64,000 bases of DNA, taken from Octopus sinensis (lineage: Eukaryota). Shown here one piece after another: positions 37,730-51,922 of this stretch (the stretch's first letter is position 1; each line of letters starts with the position of its first letter). Where the stretch lies: NCBI RefSeq assembly GCF_006345805.1, contig NC_043001.1, positions 114,142,001-114,206,000 on the forward strand, in the 5' to 3' direction. The position numbers and the translations under genes are program-made. The notes under the pieces are model-generated. The model ran no database searches and was not told the DNA's origin. It saw nothing but the letters and a program-made list of their open reading frames with translations.

Positions 37730-38290
37730 CATTCTCACGAAATTTTGCAGAAGTAAAGATCTGTGAATCTGACAATCCTTTCAATCCGATCTTATAGCTG
37801 CTGCAGATCGCCATTTACCAACCTTACAAGTAATTAGAAATAATTATTAAGCTCTATCTTCTGGCCGCATACACCATAAATTATATTCACAAATGTATTC
37901 GAATGCATCACGTAATAAAATAAAATCATTAGCTTTGCTATCTTCTCTGGACACCGAAATTTTATTTACAAGCGTTTCCACACATAAAGCTATCAAAATT
38001 CTCTTCCGAACGAGAAGTGTTAATATCGAAAGAGAGGTGTTAATATTTATTTTATGTTTCAAAAGCGAACACCCTTTCGCGTTTGTTGAAGGTTGAGTTC
38101 ACTGTTAAATGTAAAGCTACATCCGTGGAAATTCATATCTCCGCTAGTTTTACATCGAAGGGAATTATAATGAAAGCTGTATTTAATAGATGTATCAATT
38201 TTCTACGAGATGATTATGTATAAGAAGATGATTTCATAATACAGCAACATTTCTATTCATGATATACCATACTTCTTTTGGAATGAACGC
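37730..38290 (+). mobile_element. Highly decayed Penelope-like reverse transcriptase fragment
   Basis: FAEVKICESDNPFNPIL (cf. PKIHK..NPLRPII), LLSSLDTEILFTSVSTHKAIKIL (cf. SLDVESLFTNVP..EAI.I), then ..EDDFII (cf. YVDDIF), collinear. Confidence 0.6.
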
Positions 38291-38514
38291 ATTCTTTCAA
38301 TACAGTGGTGAAAGCGGTTGTCTTTCAAGTAGAATATATCGCACCTAGGAGCCACGTCGGACTCCATAGTTGTGGTGCTGTGTTTAGAAGAGATTTCAAT
38401 ATGTTAAAGTGCGCAGCGTTCGGGATTGGAGAATGTAAGCAAGAAACGTAAGTGATTTTTAGCTTCTTTGAGTAAGGCATGGTCGACAGGGAGATTCTCC
38501 ACAGTCGATAGATG

Positions 38515-38746
38515 CAGCAATCCCTCGCCATATCGCGGTTCACCTATCACGGTTTATTATTTAAGCTTACGTCAATTCCTCCGTGGTGTTGTTTTGCATT
38601 TATAATAAAATAAAAAATACACAAATTATAAAAATAATTTTTAAATATATATACAGTACACTACTGTTTCCACTTCGCGGATTTTCACCTATCGCGGGGA
38701 CGGTGCTGCTTAGAACGTAACACATGCGATAGTCGAGGGATTACTG
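38515..38746. mobile_element. pogo/Tigger-like MITE
   Basis: TIRs cagcaatccctcg / cgagggattactg followed by TA; subterminal cacctatc(a/g)cgg repeat. Confidence 0.75.
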
Positions 38747-39284
38747 TATAATCTTAACAAGTGACTTTTGCAATGGAAACGTGATATACGATGATAGTGC
38801 GCGATGTATAAAGACATCTTTGCTTTGATTGTGCTACTGTAGTTCATGTCAGCATAAAATCATTCCCGATTTATTGGCTTGAGGAGCATGAGACTGGTCA
38901 CGAGGAGTACCTTCAACAATTCAGGCATCCCGACTGAATGCTTATCTGATTATAAGTGAAATGAGGTCCAATGTTGTAATAGATAGGTAAATAAGTGCTT
39001 TGTATGTGAAAAACTGTTCGAGAATATTTGGCGTCTCAGAGTGTCTATTAAAAGAACGGCTAGGTGGGAAGGCGAGTTGGAACTTATTAAGTGGTGTTCA
39101 ATGACTGATCTTTCGTCTTCTGCATCAGTAGCACCGAGATGAAACGAGTAATAATCAGTAGTTGTCTACCTTGAATTCGTCAAGTGCAATGATTATCGAA
39201 CTTCTTGATTATCCACCGGAAAACCACACCCCAGTAAACACGCCTGTGTCAGAGTTTAAGTGAGTTATAGCATACTTACTTACT

Positions 39285-39488
39285 TTTAGTTTTACTTGTT
39301 TCAGTCATTTGACTGCGGCCAAGCTGGAGCACCACCTTTAGTCGAGCAAATCGACCCCGGGACTTATTCTTTATAAGCCCAGTACTTATTCTATCAGTTA
39401 CTTTTTGCCGAACCGCTAGGTGACGGGGGCGTAAACCCACCAGCGTCGGTTGTCAAGCAATGCTAGGGGTACAAACACAGACACAGAA

Positions 39489-39521
<33 letters not shown>

Positions 39522-39691
39522 CATACATACGACAGGCTTCTTTCAGTTTCCGTCCACCAAATCCATCAAAAGGCTTTGGTCGACCCGAGGCTATAGTAGA
39601 AGACATTTGCCCAAGTTGCCACGCAGTGGGACTGAACCCAGAACCATGTAGGTCATAAGCAAGCTATTTACCACACAGCCACTCCTGCATC
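39285..39691 (-). mobile_element. SINE family C (full length)
   Basis: Reverse complement of 33478-33843. Confidence 0.9.
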
Positions 39692-39954
39692 TTTAGAAAC
39701 TCACTCAAAAATTCTTTCCAGTCTTCATGCTGCAGTTCCTGTATTTTTGTACCATTTGTCCAAAGGATCGCACTCGGAGAAACAACAGAACGTCCTTGAC
39801 CTTTTAGCATTTAAACAAGCTATATCTATCCCAAATATATTCTGCCTGTTTTATGTTCAAACTGGTCACATCTGACCTCTCATACCTACTCAACCACATC
39901 TTTCTATATGTATGTACGTATGTATGTATGTATGTATGTATGTACGTATGTATA

Positions 39955-40006
<52 letters not shown>

Positions 40007-40383
40007 CGAAGCTTTTAAGATACAAGATAAAGTATATCTAATTTAAAACAAATAAGTATAAGTATTTGAAAAAGTAATCTAAGTGCTAAAGGCTCAAGCG
40101 GGCAGTCGGCTCTCGACAGTTTTAGTTGTCATGACTATTCAGACCTAATGGTTAGCTGTAAAAATCACATTGATATCTCATCTGTGTGGAGTGTTATTCT
40201 TCCATCCTTAATTCTTTCTCCTCTCGTCACTCTCATTCCCTGTTGTCTAGTATAATCGTGAAGTGAACCATCCAGACTAGGAAGCGCAAATGGATGATCG
40301 GCAACCTCAACATTATCCCTTTTGACGAATAGCATACACTGGAACTGTTACATAATATTTCATATATTATCATGATATAATAA

Positions 40384-40606
40384 GGCGTTGAGCTGGCAAA
40401 ATCATTAGCACGCCGGGTAAAATGCTTAGCGGTATTTCGTCCGTCGTTACGTTCTGAGTTCAAGTTCCATCGAGATCGACTTTGCCTTTCATCCTACGGG
40501 GGTCGAAAAATAAGTACTAGTCTCGCACCAGGTTGATGTACTTGACTAGCTCCCCACCCTGACCTCAAGATTTCAGATATTTGTGCCTATAGTAGAAAGG
40601 ATTTTC
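40384..40606 (+). mobile_element. SINE family B
   Basis: ggcgttgagctggcaaaatcattagcacgccggg...ctgagttcaag...ggggtcga. Confidence 0.85.
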
Positions 40607-40692
<86 letters not shown>

Positions 40693-41382
40693 CTTTCAAG
40701 AATGAATTCCAAACAGTTATTAGGAAAGTGAAACATCGGCAAAGATTGAGATTTCGGCTGACCTTCATTTAAGAATAACATAACAATTTTTCTCACCAAT
40801 GAAGTAACCTCATTGTGGCCATATAATCAGCTAGAAAGAAGAGTTAATTCTCTTTCAGAACACATTCTCAGTCTTGACAATACTAGATAATATAGTTCTA
40901 GATATCTTATCTCTTATCAAAAGGTCTTATGTCCATGGCTGGAATAAACTGGGTCATAAATTCCCTTTAACAGGTTTAATATATAGCTTAATAACATTGT
41001 CAGCGCACATGTCCATTGGAAATGTACAAAGCTTAGAATCAAATGTTTTCGCCGATCTAAATATACTTTGTATAACTAATCAAAGCAATCAGTATTTATT
41101 AAATCAATGTTAACGCAAGTAGATGAGGAGAGTATTATGATATTGGAACAAAATTAGCACGAATAAATCTAATTCTTATTCTAAGTTGATTAACAAGATA
41201 ATCAAACCTTTTTCTGTGTTTTTATAAGAATCTCTACAACTTCTGCTATGTTAGCTATGTATGAAATGCTGTTTATTCAGTGTTTAAAGCGGGATATAAA
41301 TATTGATTACATGGTAATTAAATCTTATAACTACTTCATCACCACTCCTTAACGTACATAAATGGTTCTATAACTGAGCAAC

Positions 41383-41422
<40 letters not shown>

Positions 41423-41682
41423 AATGTGTGCACGCATACACACACAAACACACACACAACCACATACACTCGCACACACAACCACACACACATATGCACA
41501 CACGCACATACACACATTATATGTATATGTGTGTGCATGCTTGTGTGTGTTTGCGCGTGTGTATGTGTCTGTGTGTGTATGAGTATGTGTTTTTGTGTAA
41601 ATATACATCCGCACGCGCAAACACACACAACTAGACACACACACACAATATATATATATATGTGTTTGTATACATACACACA

Positions 41683-42670
41683 ACGTACATAGTAAAATTT
41701 TCAGACATTTTTCGGGAGAGACGTTTATTAATTACACATAAGTAGAAAATTCTAATGTCCTTCAAAACAGGATCCTCCGATTTCAGTGTATTTCTTATAG
41801 CCCTCCAGCAACTTCGTAAATGCTCTACAGATGTCCTCCTAACTGAACCTTTCCAGCACCCTTATTTCGGCTCCCATCCCCTTGTCAATATCTTGAATAC
41901 CACTGACTTTGAGGAGATCCTTCAGCTTTGGAACCAACCACTAGTCACAGGGCGCAAGGTCTGGATTGCAAGTTGGGTGAGAGAGTTCTAATGTCCATCC
42001 TTGTTAAGTTCTTGGTTATCAGGAGAGAATTGTAAAACGATACTGCTGGTGCTTTCGTGTATGGCAACGGGATCTCTTCCTGAATTCCCTCAAACTACTG
42101 ACTGTTGACCGCGATAGATATTGGATAAGTTTAACCACATATCTACCTCAGGGACTCTCACTCCAGATTTTCTGTTGGAGCTTGCGCACTTGAATTTTCT
42201 TAAACGCTCAACAAAATTACTCTACGATGCACGGATAGATTTGGAGCCAATTCCACTCTCATCCTTTAAACTTACAGGCTAACAGGATGCAAGATTTTAA
42301 GGAATTATCTTCTCTTAGATGAGCAGTTAAACGGCCTCATCTACCCAGAGTCCGTTGGGATGTCTGTCTGCTACCTTCTTCCGGGAGCAATTTCGTGACA
42401 TGCTAATTACCCTATAGCTACGACCAAGACAAGTGCTTCTATGCCGGGTAAGAGTAAGCCTGTATTTATCTTCGTTAAGAGGTGGCATCGTTCTCAAAAC
42501 CCTGCAACTCCTGAACCAACACCTCACTAATGGATTCGGTTTGAAACCATACCAAGGAAATACTTACGTATGCAAACGCATATATATCAATGTGTGGTGA
42601 AACATTTAATGTTCTTCTTCCTCCATCTTCTTGGATGTGTCTTGGAAAAGTACTTGGACAACACTGCCTT
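41683..42670 (-). mobile_element. Decayed mariner transposon
   Basis: Minus strand LELSHPTCNPDLAPCD*WLVPKLKD...FTKLLEGYKKYTEIGGSCFEGH* matches HPPYSPDLAPCDFWLF...GGxYFEG; ends approximate. Confidence 0.8.
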
Positions 42671-44254
42671 TCTTCCTGATAAAACGATATAAATTTTGCT
42701 GTTCTCGTTTATCTACCTTAGCCTATTTAATACTCTAATATAAAATATCTGTGAGAAAATGGTACATTGTGTTTTTTCACGTATGTCAAGGTCTATAAAA
42801 TCCGATTTGATCCCTATATTTGAAGGGGAAATATTGTAATTTGGGAGTGATTTGGCTTACTTTTCCTGCAGAGTTTGTTGATGTCTACAAGTTGCCTCGT
42901 TTTGTTAGCATTTTTACAAGCATTTGTGTTGTTTAGCAAACAGTAAATAAACGCTAAAATTTCAGTTCCTGTACACAGTTTCATTTCATTCTTTAACTAA
43001 AATTCACTCTTAAATAAGTCAACACCCATTTTCAATTCTCTACAGTCATTAGAAATTGAATTAAATTGTATAATGTCTTAATTCATTTATCTCTGTCTAC
43101 CAATATAAGACACCTCACCAACTATCGATAAAACAAAGCTGAATACAGATGCAGAATTTGGATGTGTGTGCAGGAATGGCTGTATGGTTAAGGCTTTTGC
43201 ATCACGTCATCTCATTGTATATGATTGTTCTGCCATAGACTCGGAATGGCCAATACTCTATAAGGAGAATCTGCCTGAATGATCTGTTTGGAAGGTCTTC
43301 AATATTCGAAGCTTTTGCATGGGGTTGAGTTATTTATTCCGCTATCCTACCTAATTCAGTTACTTGTACAATCTGTGCACTTACCAGTATTCAGTCTGAA
43401 TATTCATCTCTCCTGCATACAGTATCAAAGGCACTGAGAAATGTAGTAGTTATATTTTTCATTGTTTTCCTACGCCATAGACATAAACAAATGTATAAAC
43501 TATTGTGTGACATTTACTCCAACACTGTATTATTTCTGTCAATTCGGGATTTTCTGTTTCCTTTACATTGTTTAAAATATGAAATATCACTAACACAATA
43601 TTAAGCATATAAGAGACCGCAATAAAAAAAGAAAAGAGTATATTATTAAATAAGAAGAGAAGATTGGTATGACAGGGCAACAGGAAACAATATCGTAGAA
43701 AAGAACACATAATTGAAGCAAAAGAAAGACAAAACGTGTACTTGCTTCAAAATCAGTAAATTAATAAAGCGATAATTCTGAAGGAGTAAAAGATAAGAAA
43801 GAAAAAAAAAAGATAAGAAAAATATATAAATAAATGAAGAAAACTAGCAAAACATCAAATAGGAATTTCTTTGGTTCGGTTTTAAGTAATTAAATCTGGA
43901 GATAGATTTAATGATATTTTATGGTGTTTGATCGCTGAAAAAGAAACGCAAAAATCTTTCAAAACTAATTATCTTTGGCACTAGGTATTTAGTTTGGCAC
44001 TCTGCTACTGGCTTTGGCGCTTGATCTTGAATGCGTAATCAGTTATCAGTAGATGGCCAAAATTGTCGCAGGAATCACGTATTATTGTTTCTTCTCTACT
44101 TTTGTTGTTTTATGACTTTTTCCTCTATAAATTCCTCAATGTATTTTCTTTTTCCTGTTTTCCCTTTAACTTCTTTTTAGCATTTCGTTTCTTTTTCACG
44201 TGTTTGCTTTATATCTTTCTCATCTCATTATTCACTTCTTCTTTTCTTCTTCTT

Positions 44255-44288
44255 TTCTTCTTCTTCTTCTTCTTCTTCTTCTTCTTCT

Positions 44289-44323
<35 letters not shown>

Positions 44324-44344
44324 TCTTCTTCTTCCTCTTCTTCT

Positions 44345-44376
<32 letters not shown>

Positions 44377-44410
44377 TTCTTCTTCTTCTTCTACTTCCTC
44401 CTCCTCCTCC
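44255..44410. repeat. (CTT)n/(CCT)n microsatellite
   Basis: Direct reading. Confidence 0.95.
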
Positions 44411-45023
44411 GCCTCTTCCTACTCACCTGCCTCCCTGCTCAATCTTCGCCTCATATTCTTAGAAAACACAACCAGTAACGCCGTTGAGATGACTTATCAC
44501 AGGTGATTTAGTTTTCCCCTTACTCAATAAATCAATGCAAACACCAAATGAATTATTCAGTATCTATTTCAATTTACCTTTGATTAACTTTGTGAAGAAA
44601 GTTTTCCAAAACTTTTACATTTTTGTTTTCACAATTTCAACTTATCCGTGTAAATGCTCGATATTGTCCTTTCAACGTCTGCCTAAAATTATAAATATGT
44701 TTCACAATAGTATTAGACCACATAAAAAGTCAATGTAATTGACCGCAGTGGAATTTTGATTCTGAATGTAGGCGGATAAAAGAAAATTACGTGACAAATT
44801 TAGATTCAGCAGTCTTCTGTTTCCGCTGCTCTAATTGTCTTTCTTATGATAATAATAATAATGTTTTTCATTACTTTTACTATACAGTAAGTCATAGCTA
44901 TAAAAGGAAAACGTTTCGGTAGTTAAAACAACGCTACAATATGTATGTTGCTAGTATTCTCATGCCATATTCGACCTCAGAATTTACATGTGTAAGATTA
45001 AATATGGTAATGAGCAATATATA

Positions 45024-45236
45024 TTTCTTTACTGCCCACAAGGACAAACAAGGACAGACAAAGGGATTAAGTCGATTACATCGACCCCAGTGCATAACTG
45101 GTACTTAATTTATCGACACCGAAAGGATGAAAGGCAAAGTCGACCTCGGTGGAATTTAAACTCAGAACGTAACGACAGACGAAATACCGCTAAGCATTTC
45201 GCCCTGCGCGCTATCGTTTCTGCCAGCTCGCCGCCT
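45024..45236 (-). mobile_element. SINE family B with long TSD
   Basis: Matches 12566-12788; flanked by aaatatggtaatgagcaatata (45000) and aaatatggtaatggacaatata (45237). Confidence 0.9.
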
Positions 45237-48153
45237 AAATATGGTAATGGACAATATAATCTAAGCAACTCAAAACTGAACTAAGAGAAATCACTGAAAT
45301 TGGATTCGCGTGTCAGTGGCCTAACAACCTATGCAAATAATTACCAATGGATTCAGACTTCGTTAGAGCTGATAATAAAAACTTGGTAGCATTTTTAGTG
45401 TTTCATAAAAGTAAGATAATTTTCAGAAATTAAGAATTCGTTTCATAGATGGCAAGAAATATTAATTCATTTATAGATGACAAGAAAAAAAAAAAAGAAA
45501 AGTGAATATTCTTTAACCTGACCAATGACAAAAAGCAAAATATTCCGTTCTTATTGAACTTCAACAGTGCCGTCTAGCCAACAGGAACTCGCTTGATCAT
45601 TAGACAGTGTCATCTTATGTCAATTTATCCATCAACAAAGAAGACTCATCAACTCCACAAGCAAATTGCACTTCCAGCTAAGTCAGTGCATTTGTATTCT
45701 CCTAATCCAACGATGATTTGCATGTGAACGACGATGTCTTGGGCAACATTTAAGTGAAAAACAACCTCCCATTATATACACACGGGAACCACCTCAGTTT
45801 TCGTCAACTCAATTTTTCCCCAGAATCTTTGTTCAGTCCGAGGTTATGAAACAAAACTTCATGACCAAAGTAAACCAGTGTGGGTTCGAAGTAAACTTTT
45901 TAACCACGTTGTCTGGAAAGGGCCTCTACGTGATACTTCACTTTAAGAGAAATATTGAAATATTTCTCATACAATAAATACAATATTGTCTTGTAAATAA
46001 AAGTACAAGATTGAAACACAACGGTAAACCTTTCTGAACTAAACAAGGTATGCATTATATACTTCTACGACCTTCATTAGTCAATATCGATTATCTATTT
46101 CTATACGTATGCATAGGCCTAGCCAAAGTGTTTTGAGAAAAGCAAGCTAATTTGCATGCATGCAAGCTTTCCCTAATAATGCCAATGAAGATGTTCAAGG
46201 TAAAGACCACCGTCTTAAAACAGTAACAACTTTACTCCAGAATCGTCACAGCGTTCTGTTAGAATTCAAAAAGCAAGAGCAGTTAACGCTAGTTACCTCA
46301 TCGAATATTCTAACAGATCCACCAATCTACCGGCCAAGATTGGCATTATATTTGTTAATAAGTGGGCTGGGTTCACCGTGTCGGGTTTTGAACTTAGAGG
46401 GAAGAGGACCGGATGCATAATATGAGATACAGTATCCGAGACTTTTATGACTCTTCCAATTGGCAGCTTATAACAAACCTTCTTTCAACTTGTTACGTGA
46501 CATTCAGAGGCTATGTTCTTTATGAGGTTGCCAAGAAAATATAAGTTAATTACACCATGTGTCAAAAGTTTTCGGCGTGAAGAATGAAAATTTAATGTCT
46601 TGAGTAGAATACTTCGCCGAAGATTGAAAAATGGTTTACTGGATTTTTCTGAATATCATAATTATGCATCAAAACTGGATAACATTTCATATATCAGCGG
46701 AGAAGATTTCAGTCCGTAACGTTAGAGTTATTTTCTTACTGATGTATTTCTCTGTTTGAAAATATATTATCTTACCGATGAGTACAAACAATACAGCTAC
46801 ATTTTGTTTACTAAATAAAGTAATTGTTTCCATCCAAAAGTGAAATGACCCGTTAACTGATGATTTGACTTTGCTGGATCCTTTATCTTAATAACTGTGA
46901 ACAGCATCATGCAAACTGACACAATCTCCTTTCCTAAACATTTGCGAAACTTACTTTATAGCCTAGTTGCAACTCATGTTCGTATTGCACTGCAAAACAA
47001 TACAAAGTGATTGAACACGAGAACTTGTGACCGGTTTCTTGACTTGTTAGAAATAACAGCCAATTGTTTCAGATCATATTCTATTGTTCTAAAGGTGAAA
47101 GTTAGTATGTAAGAGGAGTGGTTTAAGTAGGAATTCCGCTCCTCATAAATTTTCTAAATCAAAAGTTCTCTAGAGTTTCAAAACGTGTCGGCGATGGAGG
47201 ACGCTTACTGAATTTGAACAGAACAATAGACATTATATGTTGATCAATTATCTCTTCGAACAAACTGTTATATCTATACGGTGATAATGTATCGAGTTAT
47301 ATCACTCTCTGTTGCTCAGCTACTCTTACTTTTAATTCTGTATGAAGTTTAATATGCTATTTATGGTTCCGCCATTTTTCTGCTCATCTATATATATGCA
47401 TTTAAAACAATCAATAGAACTGCTTCGCTATTATTGCTAGACATATATTTAATTTCGATTAGATTTAGGCATTGTTATCTCGTAATTTCTAAAAATTCTC
47501 CTTGACATCTCACTGACATCATGAAATATTTATATTCAGCGAAATAAGAATGCTATGAATAAAAGCACAATTTAAAATCAAACATTTGAATTCATGCTTC
47601 ATCAGGTTATTACACTGATTTGATCATTTTTAGATATCAACTGGTAACCGTTTGATTAGTGATTACAAGCTATAAGAATTACTTTACAACGATATCAATG
47701 TGACCATCAAATATATATTTTCAAACGTAATACAATATCTGTTAATTACCCGTTCATATCTGGAAACGTTTGGCTTATCAGAGTTTACAATATCATCGCT
47801 ATCTATTAAAAGGAACAGCAGTTTTTGATCATAAAGATATGTGATACAAAAACAACTCTTTAAACACAGAGGTATTGATTCTAACATATGGTTTCAAATA
47901 TACATTTAAAACTTTTCTGCTAGCATAATTCAGTGAACATGTGGAGTCATGTCGAACTCACTCCACACTTGTTTTGTGAACCTGTCTTCAGACAAGAAAT
48001 AAATTATGTATATCTATTACCATTGATTTCTATACCCCATTTGCTGATTAGGGTTTCGCTTGAAATCTTCTGTCCATTGATGGAATGTGAGTTGCATAAA
48101 ACATCTTTCTCCAAACCATAAGGATGAAAGCATCAATTTAGCAAGAACATGCT

Positions 48154-48323
48154 AATTTCACCACACCTTGTTACAAATTAAGAACTAGTTGCTGTTAAGT
48201 GTTTGGGAAGTGATGGGTATAATATTTTCCCTGAAGATAGCGTTAGGGGTCGGGGAAATTTAGTTTGTAAATGCCTCGTTATTTATTCCAATCATAACAA
48301 CTGAAGCAAGGTGTGGTGAAATT
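48154..48323. mobile_element. Short MITE
   Basis: Perfect TIR aatttcaccacaccttg / caaggtgtggtgaaatt, TA next to both ends. Confidence 0.6.
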
Positions 48324-49516
48324 TACAGCTTAATTATACCTGAGCAGGTTACGTCTAATATTTTGTCATCAACTCATTATTTCAAATGTACGATAGATAA
48401 CATATAGAAAACCTATGCTGGGTTCTATTACTATTTTATTTTAATGGTTTATTTTCCATTCTTTTTTTATTACTCTACTCTATACTTTTTAAATATATCC
48501 TGTTTCAACAACAAGGGGTTCAGAATAATTCGTACCCATGTTGCTTTTATTAAATTCCAAACATATCACGTACGAGCTATTTAATGTAAATATCTTTTCA
48601 GAAAGGAGCGGTAAGTTGAGTTTTCAGTTTCTGAAAACAGTGATAAGCGTCAACAAATAGTCAACAAGCTAGAGGTAATGGAAAAGCCTATTCAGTTACA
48701 TATATAAAGCAAAATATTAGGCAGCAAAAAGTTTTCCATGTGAAAGAACTTACAATATTTCTATAAACAAACTTAAATTAATCGGCCTTGATAAATTCGA
48801 TACAATTACGCAAATGGGAATGTTTCCATATGCTCAGTCAATAGCCTAAAATTATACCCCAAATATCCCACGCATGGATCACTATTGTATGTGATAGAAA
48901 GGCCACTGTAATAAATCATAGACTCAATTATACAAAAACAGGAGTGATACAGTTAGACTGCTAGTTCAAACTCTGAAACAAAGATATGCTGTCAGCTTTA
49001 TCTGCATGTTCTACAGTTATTACAGGTGTCTCAACTTTTCCGAGCTACATAGCCATGCGCCCAAACAACTAAAAAACACAAAACTCACTAGACTCGCTTC
49101 TTCATTTCACACATACTGTGTCCTCTTTTAGGCTCTACATTAACCGCTATGCCTAATCATACACCTACAGAATATAAGTTCCTTGAAATATCTGATCCTG
49201 CCAGTACTATTCCGACAATGATTAAAATGTTGCTCTTCGAGTTGATCTCACTTGTCTCTATTGATCTCAGGACCAAATCATCAGAAAATATACACCGCTC
49301 AATCGTGTTGTATTTTAGGTATCTGAGACGACTACAATGTATATGTAATTATATTTTATGTCTATATATAAAAAGCTGTTCTAGGTTATTTGTTTGGCAA
49401 ATTTATGTAGACAACCTGCGGCGATTTTGCCAACGATTGTCTGAAATATTCTACTGATTGTATGAGATCACACATTGCATGTAGTCAATTGTTTCGGTTT
49501 TGGGTTGCACACACAC

Positions 49517-49518
49517 AC

Positions 49519-49596
<78 letters not shown>

Positions 49597-49612
49597 ATAG
49601 ATATATAGATAT

Positions 49613-49651
<39 letters not shown>

Positions 49652-49666
49652 TATATATATATATAT

Positions 49667-49722
<56 letters not shown>

Positions 49723-50005
49723 GTATAACACAGAGAGAGAGAAAGGACAGGGAGATAGAGAGAGAGTGAAAGCTAGACAGGTAGATAAATAGGTACGTAG
49801 ATATGTATATACATAGATATGTATAAATATATATATATACACATATATATACATACATATATGTATGCATTTATATATATGTATGTATATATGTATGTAT
49901 TTATGTATGTACGTATGGATGGATGGATGGATGGATGGATGGATGGATGGATGGATGGATGGATGAAGGGATGGATGAATGGATGTATGGATGAAGGGAT
50001 GGATG
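49517..50005. repeat. Compound (TAGA)n, (TA/TG) and (TGGA)n microsatellites
   Basis: Direct reading. Confidence 0.95.
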
Positions 50006-50187
50006 GATGTGTGTATGTGTGTATGTATACACATATATACGATATTGTATATGTATATAAATATTTACGAATATATATCTATATGTGTGTGCGTTTTTGT
50101 GAGCGTATGTATGCGAAAGTGGTTACGTTTGCCACCTTCTCTGTTTATCTGCCTCTTTCTCTAGATATATATGTATGCATGTATGTA

Positions 50188-50219
<32 letters not shown>

Positions 50220-51095
50220 TAAATATTGCGTGTGCGAGAATGGCGAATTTATGTCACTAGCGACCGGCCTATCTTTATCCCAAATAAAATCGTCCTAGAA
50301 CCAAATTATTTAGCGTGTTACTTACAAAGGTAGTTGAATGTAAATTGAATCAGAATTCACCTTTATGTATCTCTACACCCTACAGGCACCATTATATTCC
50401 CATATTTACAACGTTGTACAACTATAGATAATGATAAATTGATTAGTCCGATTGTTTGTGGTTGGGAATTTGGTCGAAGCTGTTAGGACATTGATAAGGA
50501 AAATAAGTTCAGCCATTTTGTATGTGATTCTAGAGATCTTTGTTATTTCAATAGTTATGTTCCTTAGCGTACTTTGGTTTCTTAACTGTTCAAACCCTAC
50601 CGGGTTAAACTAAGACTGATAACATTTAGTCCGTAATATTTTTTCTTATTACTTTTCAGTTGTATTTTGACTTGGAATACACTTATATATACATAGACAC
50701 AAGTGCGGCTATGTGGTACGAAGCTTTTTTCCCAGCCACATAGCTCCGTGATCAGTTCTACTGTATGGCACATTCGTAAGTCCTTATACTATAGCCTATG
50801 TAAATATATATATATATAATATATAGATATATATATATATATATATATAAATTCCTTTATTCCACAGTCAAAAATTGTGGAAGCATGACCGTCACCACTA
50901 CTACATGAACCTGAAGATTGCAGAATTAATGCATGAAAGTACAGTTCAATCAGAATGAACATTTAACATTCTATTATTTTATTTATTTTATATTTATCTT
51001 ATATCATTATAAGATTGTAAATAAAACGTGAAAATCAGACAAGGTCGGAATTCCTTTTATTATATATTCTTCTATACACAATCACCAGCCCCGTA

Positions 51096-51129
<34 letters not shown>

Positions 51130-51166
51130 CTATCTATCTCTCTATCTATCTATCTATATATATATC

Positions 51167-51199
<33 letters not shown>

Positions 51200-51232
51200 T
51201 ACGCGAGAAAGAAGCAACAAGAATGGATAGGT

Positions 51233-51321
51233 TTTTAGTACATCGTTTCATACAAGGACAGGTTTTATTAAAGTTGCAAAGATTACAGCATATAAACGAG
51301 TCCCGTACTCATCAGCTAAAA
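51233..51321 (-). ncRNA. Type I hammerhead ribozyme motif (core intact, 1-nt deletion in stem III)
   Basis: ttttag-CTGATGA-GTACGGGAC...GTCCttGTAT-GAAA-CGATG-TA^ctaaaa. Confidence 0.75.
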
Positions 51322-51835
51322 TACATGTAAGTTCTCTAGACATCCTAGTGTTTGGGCTATACTCATGAAGTAATGTAGATAATTAAACAGATTTCTAAAG
51401 TTCATTAAATTCTTTAAAGATGATGTACAGTCTTATCACAGAATTTTAAAAAAGTTTTGATAGCCACAGAGAAGGTGACCTAATCCATATGAATTCCATA
51501 GATATGAGAGGGATTATATACTCACCAAGACAAATTTATCCATTGTTATTAGCATTACAGAGAGGGTGAATAATCCTTTGTATATATGCACAGATTCCAA
51601 TGGTGTAGATGTAAATTTCCAGAGAAATGGTAGATGAATTTCATATTCACAGGCGATAAATTTTACAATGGTTGAACACAATGAGGTAGGTACCAATCCT
51701 TGTTATATGATTAGGTGTTTGCCATATTAATCACATTACTGCTATTCACAAGAGGCTGTAGCTATTTTGTTTATTATCTACATTACTTCATGAGTATAGC
51801 CTCAAACACTAGGATGTCTAGAGAACTTACATGTA

Positions 51836-51922
51836 TTTTAGCTGATGAGTACGGGACCGTTATATGCTGTATCTTTGCAACTTTTAAAAAACCTGTCCTT
51901 GTATGAAACGATCGTACTAAAA
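51836..51922 (+). ncRNA. Type I hammerhead ribozyme, apparently intact
   Basis: TTTTAG-CTGATGA(51842-48)-GTACGGGAC...GTCCTtGTAT-GAAA(51905-08)-CGATCG-TA^CTAAAA. Perfect 6-bp stem I, palindromic ACGATCGT stem III, G.U at the base of stem II. Confidence 0.85.

Noticed and set aside
38305-38450. Open frame between a cag| and |gtaagt that could be an exon
   Set aside because: The peptide is unrecognisable and lies directly downstream of the decayed PLE RT, so it is probably part of that remnant.
40745-40775. Minus-strand ATGA-aGG tcag CC-GAAA
   Set aside because: Three mismatches in the 5' core and no stems I or III.
43355-43420. Short minus-strand exon-like segment ending CTG|GTAAGT
   Set aside because: Isolated splice-like motifs occur often by chance in 64 kb; no partner exons.
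46405-46450. GGATGC...GTATCC-GAGA hairpin resembling hammerhead stem II
   Set aside because: The 5' core is absent and GAAA is mutated; noted only for its CATAAT loop.
51514-51696. Minus ORF ending at a GTGAGT donor-like site
   Set aside because: It lies in the spacer of the inverted pLTR pair; no homology recognised.
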